From positions 2,112,001 to 2,176,000 of the forward strand of contig OY760937.1 in the NCBI GenBank assembly GCA_963664225.1: 64,000 nt of DNA, written 5' to 3'. Shown here piece after piece: positions 28,228 through 37,185 of this stretch. Under the pieces are notes generated by a model, which saw only the letters and a program-made list of their open reading frames with translations, was not told the DNA's origin and did no database searches. A program made the position numbers and the translations under genes. The first letter of the stretch is position 1. Every line of letters starts with the position of its first letter. The stretch comes from Verrucomicrobiia bacterium. Its GTDB lineage: Bacteria > Verrucomicrobiota > Verrucomicrobiia > Limisphaerales > UBA1319.

Positions 28228-28785
28228 GTTTCGCTCATTTTTACCAGGTTTGTGCGTTGATGATTGAGGGGGCAAGGCGTGGTGCTTTGATCGGTTTTAT
28301 GTTTCACGCGTGGTGGATTATCCATGATTAATCACACAGCAAATCACCCCCCGGATATTGGATGTGGACTGGCATGGACATAACGCGGCTATTAGTTTAC
28401 AGAGGGGCACTTCTGTCAAGAAGCATTGTGAGGCGATGTGGAAAGCGGGTGCAGGGAAAGACTCGGGCGTGTGGAAAACAGGTATGGCGGTGCGCGGATT
28501 GTATATCGGTTTTGCGGCAAGGGCAGTAACGGCGGGCGGGGCTGGCGGTGCATTTGAGAACGTTGGATTTAAGAATGTCGTAAGCCGGTCAGGAGACCGG
28601 CGCTCCGAAGACCTCAGCGTGCGGGAATTGGATTTTAACCACGAACGACACGAAATATGCGAAATGGAAAAAAGAGCCTCACCCCGTCCATCTGGCGACG
28701 GAGAGGGAGGAGTGTTGGACGGTTCTGGAGTGATTGGGCGGTTGGGAAGGTGCCGCCGCGTGGGATTGACGGGGGCAGAATGGGA
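28228..28785. repeat. Leader repeat copy 3
   Basis: Aligns with copy 2 at offset 2373. Confidence 0.9.
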
Positions 28786-29039
28786 GCAAATAGAGCATCA
28801 CGCGGAGGAACGGAGAACGCGGAGAATTGGAGTGGAAGGGACCCGAAAAGCCACCCCACCCCGGCCCTTCATCTGGCGATGGAGAGGGAAATGATTTTGC
28901 TGCGTATGGGGTTATTGGACGCGTGGGTTGGATGGGCGGCGCGCGTTAATCAATGATTGGCGGCACTCGCCAGAGTGCCGCCACGGGTTGACCCATGGAG
29001 CTCAGGCAAAGAATATTCAGGATGGAAAATGGATTTTAC

Positions 29040-29726
29040 TCAGTGCGAGTACGTGCGGCGCCGTCTCAGGGCGGCGATGCCACACATTGCACCAAAAGCA
29101 ACCGCATACGATGCGGGCTCAGGCACTGCCGATATTTGCATTCCCGCCAGGCCGTTGTATTCACCACCGCCGCCAGTGTAAGAGAGAGTCATTGTTCCGT
29201 CGGTAACTGCGACATTGTGAATAACATCCCACGAGACGCCTGGTACCAGAGATCCATCGATGCTTCCCGGAATGCTCGATACGGAAGTGCTGTTAATCGT
29301 AAAGTTGCCTATATCCACACTAGGATGAATTGGCGCATAATAGGAAACGTTATAGGTTCCATTCTCCAGACCGGTGATGGAAACTTTCCAGGATCCTGGA
29401 GCCATGGAAAAAAAGTTGTCGTCTGCAAGGCGTTCGTTAATCCCGCTGGTTCCATAGAAGCCGCCATAATTCTCAGCAATGCAGGAAACACTTGCCGTTG
29501 TGGCGTTTCCACTCAGGTCGAACAAAGCGGTTGGACCAGCAGACGTGATCGTGTTCCAACTCCCAGTCTGGCCAATGGCGGCTCCGTATGTGGCGTCAGG
29601 AGTTCCACTAGCATCGCCAAAATCGATATTGAATAAGGCTGCATGGGCTTGATTTGCCAACAAGGCAATACCCAATCCACACAGCAGAATGAGTTTTTTA
29701 TTGGTTCGGTTGGTGCGCGTGTTCAT
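29040..29726 (-). CDS. PEP-CTERM protein (different core)
   Basis: Signal peptide ending AHA; FNIDFG; VPEPASYAV...RRRR. Confidence 0.9.
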   Translation of the reverse strand: MNTRTNRTNKKLILLCGLGIALLANQAHAALFNIDFGDASGTPDATYGAAIGQTGSWNTITSAGPTALFDLSGNATTASVSCIAENYGGFYGTSGINERLADDNFFSMAPGSWKVSITGLENGTYNVSYYAPIHPSVDIGNFTINSTSVSSIPGSIDGSLVPGVSWDVIHNVAVTDGTMTLSYTGGGGEYNGLAGMQISAVPEPASYAVAFGAMCGIAALRRRRTYSH

Positions 29727-29829
29727 TTCGATAATTAATTAATTATAACGTTATCGTCGGTCAAGGAGGATTCGTCATTTGCCTCCTGCCATTTCTGTGA
29801 AAATTGGCCTGCGCTTGTGTAATCCAGCG

Positions 29830-30575
29830 GCTGCAGATTGGAAATCTGCGATACGGCAGACAAGATGTCTGCGCTACGGGGAAAAGATTTTGCGATTACG
29901 GCCGGGACTTTGCGTTTGAGACGGTTCGCAGATTGGCAAGCTGCGATTCAGGTCAAAGAAGGGACGCCGGGTCAGGGGACCCGGCCTACAGGATGGCGCG
30001 CTCTGTAATGCGATAGTCTGACTGGCTGAAGAAGAGTTACAGGCCTGATCGTTTGGGCGAAATCGAGGAGGATCAACGTCTGCAGATTGGAAATCTGCGA
30101 TACGGCAGACAGGATGTCTGCGCTACGGGGAAAAGGTTTTGCGATTACGGCCGGGACTTTGCGTTTGAGACGGTTCGCAGATTGGCAAGCTGCGCTACGG
30201 GTTGCGGTGTTGGCGCGCTGGCAGGCAAGGTGGCTGCGAAATAGTGGCAACGGTGTTTGTGCTTCGGGTTGCTGAGGGTTCAGAGCGTTAAGCCGGTCTG
30301 GAGACCGGCACTCCGCTATTGCGGTTTTACACGCTCGGGCAGTCCAGAGGCTGCAGATTGGAAATCTGCGATACGGCAGACAAGATGTCTGCGCTACGGG
30401 TTGCGGTGTTGGCGCGCTGGCAGGCAAGGTGGCTGCGAAATAGTGGCAACGGTGTTTGTGCTTCGGGTTGCTGAGGGTTCAGAGCGTTAAGCCGGTCTGG
30501 AGACCGGCACTCCGCTATTGCGGTTTTACACGCTCGTGCAGTCCAGAGGCTGCAGATTGGAAATCTGCGTTACGG
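29830..30575. repeat. Cluster of REP-like palindromes (BIME-like) with 249-bp and 199-bp period duplications
   Basis: GCAGATTGGAAATCTGC x4, GCAGACA.GATGTCTGCGCTAC x3, GCCGGTCTGGAGACCGGC x2, GCCGGGTCAGGGGACCCGGCCTAC. Confidence 0.85.
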
Positions 30576-30586
30576 GTCGGGCAGCT

Positions 30587-32179
30587 TTATCGGCGGGTGG
30601 GTTTTCGAGGGAATGGCACGATGCGGGCGGGGGCGTGGACGGCGGTGGCGGCGTGGGTGCTGAGGGCGCCGGCCCATGCGATGTCGCAATGGCTGGCGGG
30701 GTTGAGGGGGTTGGCGCCTTCGGTGAATATCCAGCGGCTGCCGGCGTAGGTTTTGCGCAGGGCGAAGAAGTCCGCCGCGATATCCGGCGCGGTGCGGGGC
30801 AGGATTTTGTTTGCCGCGCTGAGCTGGTCCATGAGGACAAAGCCCATGTCGGATTTTGCGGAGCGGAAATTGACGGGGAGGAATCGACCGGGAAAGGCTT
30901 TGGCGGCTTCCCAGCAAATCTGACGTCCCAGGCCCGTTTCGTCGCCTGCGGCCATTACGCCGGGGAGGTTCTTGAGAATGGTGAAGAGCGCGGTTTTTAG
31001 AAAGTGCCAGTCCTCGGTGCGGCAGGTGAGCAGGCCGCGAAGGGTGAGGGAGGAGGCTTCCTGGGAGTCGATGTAGATGACGGCGAGGTCCCCTTCCCCA
31101 CTGGCGGCGACGTCGAAGCCCACGCGCCAGCGGGCATCGACGCCAAACAACGGCGCGAAGCCCTGGGCCAGGTATTGCTGAATGCGGGTTTCGCGCGCGG
31201 GCTGGCCGGAGGGGGTGAACGCGCCAAACAATTCGGCGATCTGCGGGGCTTCGAGATGGAGGCGGGCCAGAGTTGTATCGCGCAGACAACGTTCCATGGC
31301 CTCCCAGGAGACGATGGCGAGAGTGCCGCCGCGCGGGTTGCACATGTATTCCTGCTCGAAGATTTCAGGAAGGCGGGCGCGGCTCCGGCAGTCTTCAATG
31401 AATTGATCGCGGGTCCATTGGCGGCCGCTGGCGCGGTTGATGGCCTCGACGAGTCCCTGATTCACCGCGTCGAGCAGGGTGACGCGGTAGTAGCTCCAAT
31501 GGCCTGCGGACGCGCTGGAACTTGCGCCTGACTGCATTGTGGTTTGCGTTTGGATTTGCGCCTGCGCCTGTATTTGTGCCTCTCGGGCAAAAGTGTGAAA
31601 GAGGGTTTGATCGCCATTGCTCGAGGACCAGACGCCCAGATCGTAACCCCAGGTGACGCGGCCCGACGCGGCGGCCCAGAGTTGATCGGGCGCGCTGTGA
31701 AACGCGAACTCGTCCAGCCCCACGTCGCCGCCAAAGGCGCGCAGGGCATTGGGATTCGAGCTGAACGCGAGGATGCGGGAGCCGTTGTCGAAGCGAATGA
31801 CGCCCGCCTTCACCTCGTCGGTAAAGCCGGTGTCCTTGCCAGCGGAATCGAAACGCGGCACGCGGAGGTCCTCGACGCCACGCGAGAGAATGGCGCGGGT
31901 GAAATCGTAGGCTTCGGCGAAGCGGTGACAGGTGCGGACGTATTCCAGCGCGGTGGAATGGTCCTTGGTGGTGAACAAATAATCGCGCCGGCGGTGCTGA
32001 AGACGCTTGCGGACGTTCTTGAAGGCGTCCGCAAAGGTCCAGCCGATGCGCACGGATTTCTCGGCGAGGCGCAGCGGCGAATCATCGAGAATCCACGCGC
32101 GTTGATAGGGCAGGAAATAGCGGCGGAGCGCGGCGGATGAGTCTATTGAGTGGGTGGATTGGATGGATTGGGCACACAT
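30587..32179 (-). CDS. Mu-like (gp28-type) terminase large subunit
   Basis: FLPYQ Q-motif, EKSVRIGWT Walker A variant, LDEFAFH Walker B, FEQEYMC, GFDVA, DETGLG, HCDIAWA nuclease motifs; start uncertain. Confidence 0.88.
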   Translation of the reverse strand: MCAQSIQSTHSIDSSAALRRYFLPYQRAWILDDSPLRLAEKSVRIGWTFADAFKNVRKRLQHRRRDYLFTTKDHSTALEYVRTCHRFAEAYDFTRAILSRGVEDLRVPRFDSAGKDTGFTDEVKAGVIRFDNGSRILAFSSNPNALRAFGGDVGLDEFAFHSAPDQLWAAASGRVTWGYDLGVWSSSNGDQTLFHTFAREAQIQAQAQIQTQTTMQSGASSSASAGHWSYYRVTLLDAVNQGLVEAINRASGRQWTRDQFIEDCRSRARLPEIFEQEYMCNPRGGTLAIVSWEAMERCLRDTTLARLHLEAPQIAELFGAFTPSGQPARETRIQQYLAQGFAPLFGVDARWRVGFDVAASGEGDLAVIYIDSQEASSLTLRGLLTCRTEDWHFLKTALFTILKNLPGVMAAGDETGLGRQICWEAAKAFPGRFLPVNFRSAKSDMGFVLMDQLSAANKILPRTAPDIAADFFALRKTYAGSRWIFTEGANPLNPASHCDIAWAGALSTHAATAVHAPARIVPFPRKPTRR

Positions 32180-32727
32180 GGCGGTGAAGGGGGTAAAGGT
32201 TGAGATTGCGTGGCGGGTTCCTGGGAGATTCCAAAGACTTCGTCCACCTTGCGGATCACGGCCTGGCGATCCTGTTCGGACCATTCGGACTGTGACGGGA
32301 GCGCAGACAAACTGGCCCGGGCCTGGGTCAAGCTCTGGAGACGCTGGCGCGCGATATCGATGGTCGTGTCGCGTTGACGGAGCTTGCGCAGGCTCACAAA
32401 CGCCGCGAGGTCCTGGCGCTCGATGGCGGCCAGCTCGAAGGCCAATTGGGCGGCCTCGTGTATGCGTTCGCGCTGGGTCGTGTCGAGGTCGCCTTGATCG
32501 AGGCGTCCCCTCAGAGTGTCCGCAAACTCAGCGGCCAGTTCCAGCGAACGCGTCATGTGCCACCAGGCGGGGAACCGGCCCACCGTGCTCTCTGAAACCT
32601 TGAGGCCAAACTCGGCGGCAATGCGCTCCGCGGTTTCCTTCTTGGTGCTGTTTTGCAGCCACCGGATCACCTGGCGTTGTTTTTCGAAGGGCAATGCGCG
32701 CAAGGGGGATTCGTTATTATTACTCAT
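32143..32727 (-). CDS. Putative terminase small subunit (Mu gp27/DUF3486-like)
   Basis: N-terminal HTH-like (SPLRALP...AAEFGLKVSESTVGRF); directly upstream of large terminase. Confidence 0.6.
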   Translation of the reverse strand: MSNNNESPLRALPFEKQRQVIRWLQNSTKKETAERIAAEFGLKVSESTVGRFPAWWHMTRSLELAAEFADTLRGRLDQGDLDTTQRERIHEAAQLAFELAAIERQDLAAFVSLRKLRQRDTTIDIARQRLQSLTQARASLSALPSQSEWSEQDRQAVIRKVDEVFGISQEPATQSQPLPPSPPCVPNPSNPPTQ

Positions 32728-32751
32728 GGTCGAATGCGGTTAGTAATGTGC

Positions 32752-33009
32752 TTAAAACATCTGCTGCTCGAACTCGGCCCGGCCCGCGTCCGTGAGCCGC
32801 CACTTGACGGGACCGCCCAGGCCGTCCCGCGCGCCGATGATCAGATGGGCGGTGTCCAACTCGCGCAGAGCGGCCTGAAACTCAAACTCGCCGGGAGCGG
32901 GCCGCAGGAGCAGGCGCAACTGGTGATGGAGCGTGGGTTCGGGCAGCAGGTAGCCCCGGCACTGGGAGAGGGCGCGGAGGATTTCGCATTTCAATGGGTA
33001 GTTTTGCAT
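32752..33009 (-). CDS. Small winged-helix protein (Mu gp26-like)
   Basis: EILRAL...LRELD...WRLTDAG; syntenic with Mu gp26. Confidence 0.55.
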   Translation of the reverse strand: MQNYPLKCEILRALSQCRGYLLPEPTLHHQLRLLLRPAPGEFEFQAALRELDTAHLIIGARDGLGGPVKWRLTDAGRAEFEQQMF

Positions 33010-33014
33010 GGGGT

Positions 33015-33476
33015 TTAGATTTTGGTTAAACGGGCGATCTTCTCGGGCACTTCGCCGATGCGGGCATGGAGGCCCTCGATTTTTTCGTGCATGCCGTTGA
33101 TGAGTTCATCAATGCGCCGATGCAACTGGGCGTCGCACTGGGTGCGGATTTTCTGGGATTCGTCGCGGTCGGCGCGCATCTCCATGCGCAGCGATTCGAG
33201 GCGCTCCTGCAGGCGTTGGACGCGTTCCTCCCCGGCGAGCATGAGAGTCTCGCGGTCGTCGCGGATTTGGTCGCGCAGTTCCTCGAAACAATCCTCCAGG
33301 CGCTCCACGCGGCTGCAGACCGAGGCGAGCTCGGCGCGGTGGGCGTAGGCGTCCGCAAAGCTGACCTCGCGTTTTTGCGGGAGGAACATTTTCACAAACG
33401 AGGCGATGTTCAGGGCGAGCAGGAGGTAAAAACCGAATTCGACGATCCAGCGACCGTGACTGGCTAATTCATTCAT
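33015..33476 (-). CDS. TM-anchored coiled-coil protein (Mu gp25/DUF2730-like position)
   Basis: N-terminal hydrophobic helix followed by heptad-rich coil; synteny. Confidence 0.5.
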   Translation of the reverse strand: MNELASHGRWIVEFGFYLLLALNIASFVKMFLPQKREVSFADAYAHRAELASVCSRVERLEDCFEELRDQIRDDRETLMLAGEERVQRLQERLESLRMEMRADRDESQKIRTQCDAQLHRRIDELINGMHEKIEGLHARIGEVPEKIARLTKI

Positions 33477-33544
33477 GTGTGTGTGGGTTGATGGTTTGGT
33501 GCGATTGAGTTGAGTTGATTTTGACCGGGATGAATGCAGGAGTA

Positions 33545-34459
33545 TCAGGCGCGGACCACGGCGTTGCGGCGGGCGCGAACGAGGGCCTTATGCGAGGTGT
33601 CCATGGACTGGCTCAGGGCGTTCAACAAGGCAGGCTGTGGCGCGGCGGTTGGATTTGGACTTGGAATTGGGTTTGGACTTGAACTTGGGCCTGGGGACGG
33701 AGCCGAAGCGGTGGATTGTTTCCAGGTCTCGATGCCTTTCACAGTGGCGTCGAAGGCGTTCGTGCTCACCACGCCGACGTAGCCTGCGAGGGTCGGCAGC
33801 TTCCCCACCAGCCATGCGAGAAGGCGGCCCAGAATGGGGATCACGGCGGGCACAAACACCATCAAAGCAATCAAACCCGCGACGGGCAACGCGAGGCGAC
33901 CGACCCAGCGCGCCCAGAAGGAAATCCGGGCGTTGCGTGTGGATTCGGCCTCGGCGCCCATTTGGGTGAGGCGCTCGACGACGGCGCGGTGCCGACCCAG
34001 AACGCGATCCTGCGCGGCGAACGGTTCCCGCAAGGCGTCGGATACGGCGGTTTGCAGGACGATTTCAGGCGCGACGTGAGGGCTGTTTGACGCGGCGCTG
34101 GAGCGGGCTTGTTCCACCTGCGCGAGCATTTCCGGCACGGGCAACGGGTGAACCGGGGAGCCGAGGACGCGCTGGTTCTGCGAGACGAACGCGCGGGCGG
34201 TTTCCGAGCAGGCGTCCCGGTTGGTGAGGGGCTGGAGGTCCAGGGCCTGACGGGCGGCCTCGTTATTGACGCGGGCGGCCTCGACAAGTCTGGCATCGAG
34301 TTTCTGGCGCGTGGCGACGCGATACGTGCAGCCTGTCATTGCGAGGCACAGGGTCAATGCGATGACTGATAAAAGCCACAAAGTCAGGGCTGCGGAGGTT
34401 TGGTGCGGGATGGTTTGCGGATTAGTGAGTTGGGTGGATTGGACGTTTTTAGCATTCAT
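33545..34459 (-). CDS. Phage-like lipoprotein/membrane protein (possible lysis accessory)
   Basis: Lipobox-like MTGC, C-terminal TM helices; first gene of the operon. Confidence 0.55.
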   Translation of the reverse strand: MNAKNVQSTQLTNPQTIPHQTSAALTLWLLSVIALTLCLAMTGCTYRVATRQKLDARLVEAARVNNEAARQALDLQPLTNRDACSETARAFVSQNQRVLGSPVHPLPVPEMLAQVEQARSSAASNSPHVAPEIVLQTAVSDALREPFAAQDRVLGRHRAVVERLTQMGAEAESTRNARISFWARWVGRLALPVAGLIALMVFVPAVIPILGRLLAWLVGKLPTLAGYVGVVSTNAFDATVKGIETWKQSTASAPSPGPSSSPNPIPSPNPTAAPQPALLNALSQSMDTSHKALVRARRNAVVRA

Positions 34460-35106
34460 GGTGGTGGTTGTTCATGGGTCATGGACACGCCGAAGAAGGG
34501 GGCCGTGACAGGTGCCGGGCTGGAACTCCAGGCGGGAGCGGACGGAGGGGAGCGCACCCGTCACGGCCCGGGGCGGGCGTGTTCGGTGGGTTGTGGGATC
34601 GCGGAGGTGTCGCCGCAATTAAAGCGCGGCGTTCATCCGTCCATTCCATCCACTCGCGATGCCAATTGCAGTTCATGCGGGCGCAGAGTGGCAGGAATGC
34701 GATGGAAGGCGTGAGGCCGCGGTCGGCGGCATCGGCTGGATCGGCAAAAAAATGTCACGCGAAGACGCGACGACACGAAGAAGAAAGGGGGGCTGGAAGG
34801 GACAGGATGACAAGATGACAGGATAAGAAAAACCGTTCTAAACCACGAAAAGCGCGAAAAGGAGGAAATCCGGGGCTGGCGGGTTTTCGCGCTAAGAGGC
34901 CTGATATATTTCTTGACCAATATCACAAAACCCCCTAATCTAAGGGTCCAATCACAGATAAACAGGCAAATGCATGACCGAAGTTAACCTTTGTTAATTT
35001 TTGCCAGCGAACACCCATACGCTCATGGAGAATTACAGACGCATAGCCGGGTTGCTGGCGGGGAAGAACCGCCCGTCGTTTGATCAAAGTCAGACTGCTT
35101 AAGCGT

Positions 35107-35460
35107 ATGCCTGCATTCAAAGTTCATCTCAACCGCAAGAAGGTTTGCACAGCCAGTCTTGATGGCATCGGCGTGTTTGGCGCTCATGTCAGTTATGTCT
35201 GCCGTAAGGATGCCCCCGAGCAAAAGACTTTATCGCTTCATGTTGGCGGCTGGGATGCCACCGCAGGCGAGCACATTATCTGGCAAGAGGCTCATCCCAT
35301 TTGTGTTGGCGACAGGTTGAGTATTGAGGTGGTGGAGTCTGCGAAAGCAGACAAACCGGTAATCCGTAAGAAACCCGACCCGGCTGCAGATTTGCGCGCC
35401 CGGAAAAAGTATGTGCGTAAGTTGGCCAAAGAACTCGGATGGAAAATACAGGCGAAATGA
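35107..35460 (+). CDS. Hypothetical protein
   Basis: Compact protein-like ORF MPAFKVHLNRKKVCTA...AKELGWKI. Confidence 0.65.
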   Translation: MPAFKVHLNRKKVCTASLDGIGVFGAHVSYVCRKDAPEQKTLSLHVGGWDATAGEHIIWQEAHPICVGDRLSIEVVESAKADKPVIRKKPDPAADLRARKKYVRKLAKELGWKIQAK

Positions 35461-35596
35461 CGACGATGCCTGATAATTCGCGTGACGCAACCACCGTTGG
35501 CAGCAGCTTTCTGGCGACAAGCGTTGGGTTTGCCACGCCGTCGTTTGGAGGGGAATCGGTTATTGGCCAGCATGCAACATTTCGTCTCCTAAATTT

Positions 35597-36187
35597 ATGA
35601 TACCGATCAAGATTGAGTGTGGATGCGGCCAGCGATACGCGTTTGACGTGGAGCCGGTCAATGGGTTCATGCCAAGTGCGGTGGCCTGTCCCACTTGCGG
35701 TGTGGATGGCACCTCTGCCGCCAATGAATTGATCGCCCGGACTGTGGTGGCGGAGCCGGAAGCGCCGCCCATCCCCATCCCAAAAGCGCGGCCAGCCCGC
35801 ATCCCCGCCCCGGCACAACCCGCCCCACCGGCCGTTTCAGCGGCAGCGGCAACGACAACGGGAAATGCGACCTCGGAATTCAACATGGGTCTTGGCGTTT
35901 TGGGGGCGTTTCTGGGCGCATGCATTGGCGTGGGGTTAATGTATTTCTTCTACGAATTGGCGGGAGTCCGTTTCCCGTTGCTGGGCATTGGCATTGGATT
36001 TTTGACGGGTTATGGAGCGAAAATTCTCTTCAAGGGCAATGACATCACGCTGGGCGTCATTTCGGGAGTCATTGCGTTGCTGGCGATCGTCGGAACGCTG
36101 TATTTGATGTATGGATCGTTTCCCATGATGAGCATCATCTCTGTGATCGTCGGCACGAGCGTGGCCTACAACAGGGCTTCCAGTTAG
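35597..36187 (+). CDS. Zn-ribbon membrane protein
   Basis: CGCG...CPTCG, Pro/Ala linker, about four TM helices. Confidence 0.75.
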   Translation: MIPIKIECGCGQRYAFDVEPVNGFMPSAVACPTCGVDGTSAANELIARTVVAEPEAPPIPIPKARPARIPAPAQPAPPAVSAAAATTTGNATSEFNMGLGVLGAFLGACIGVGLMYFFYELAGVRFPLLGIGIGFLTGYGAKILFKGNDITLGVISGVIALLAIVGTLYLMYGSFPMMSIISVIVGTSVAYNRASS

Positions 36188-36317
36188 GCACTTCTGTAGC
36201 CAACTGAACGCGGGGGGCAGAAACTAACTTACCACTTTTTGCGCTGCGGAAGGATCCTCCATCACCGCCTGAATAAAGGCGGACGAAAGCGAAAAGCGTT
36301 CTTGGATGGCCGGTCTC

Positions 36318-36767
36318 CTACGACGGATACCTGCCCGAAATGTAATCCTCGAGATGGCCGATGGTGGCGTTCTGCGCGGAGATGATCCAGTTGACCAGGT
36401 TGCCGATGGAGACGACCCCAACCACCCGGTCCCCTTCCAGAACGGGCAGATGACGCACGCGGTTGTCATTCATCAGGCGCATGCAATCCTGAACCGTGTG
36501 GCGGGGAGTCACGGTAACCAGTTTCGTGGTCATGATTTCGCGAACAAACGTCTCTTTGGATGATTTCCCCTTGATGGCGATTTTGCGGGTGTAATCGCGC
36601 TCTGAAAGCATGCCGACCAATCGAACCTGCTCCATGACCAGCACGGCGCCCAGGTTTTTCGCCGCCATGAGGCCGATGGCTTCAAACACGGTTTGATCCG
36701 GGGTGACGCTCCATACGTCGCGCCCTTTGAGGTTCAGGACGGCATCAATTGTTCCGTTTGCATTCAT
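36318..36767 (-). CDS. CBS domain protein
   Basis: GMLSERDY, VREIMT, RVRHLPV, GVVSIGNLV. Confidence 0.93.
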   Translation of the reverse strand: MNANGTIDAVLNLKGRDVWSVTPDQTVFEAIGLMAAKNLGAVLVMEQVRLVGMLSERDYTRKIAIKGKSSKETFVREIMTTKLVTVTPRHTVQDCMRLMNDNRVRHLPVLEGDRVVGVVSIGNLVNWIISAQNATIGHLEDYISGRYPS

Positions 36768-37185
36768 AAGTCGTTGCCACTTTCAGCCTCTCCCTGCCTG
36801 CCCCGCGACACGGCGCAGCCCTTTGGGTGAACCGACCCGTGACGCGCGCTGTTTTACGAACCGTAACCTAAGCGATCCCGGGGGAATTTGCGAGTTTTTC
36901 GGCGGGACAATCCGGGTGCATGACAAAATTCACGCGTGCGGAAAACAGCCATGGCCGAGGCTGATTTGAAAGAGTGAATTGCGTTTTGAAGCGCCCTTTT
37001 GTCATGCAGGCGTCACGCAACGGCCGTTTACAGCCGCGTTGACCCTATCAGGGTCTTGAGAATCAAGGCGATCTGCCAATCCCTGACGTGACAGACGGAG
37101 ATATAGCCGCTGACATGCGAATCGGGGTGCTGAGTTGCGCTGCCATCGTTTCATAATAGAATCACCCCGTAGCGGAGACCTTTTA

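Noticed and set aside
21986..29000. Classical integron array
   Set aside because: The repeats are ~550 bp, lie upstream of genes, lack RYYYAAC/GTTRRRY attC ends, and no tyrosine integrase is present.
29830..30575. CRISPR array
   Set aside because: Intervening sequences are themselves duplicated, periods are 199-249 bp and irregular, and no cas genes are present.
30587..34459. Complete prophage
   Set aside because: No portal, capsid, tail, integrase or transposase in the window; flanks are host-like genes and repeats.
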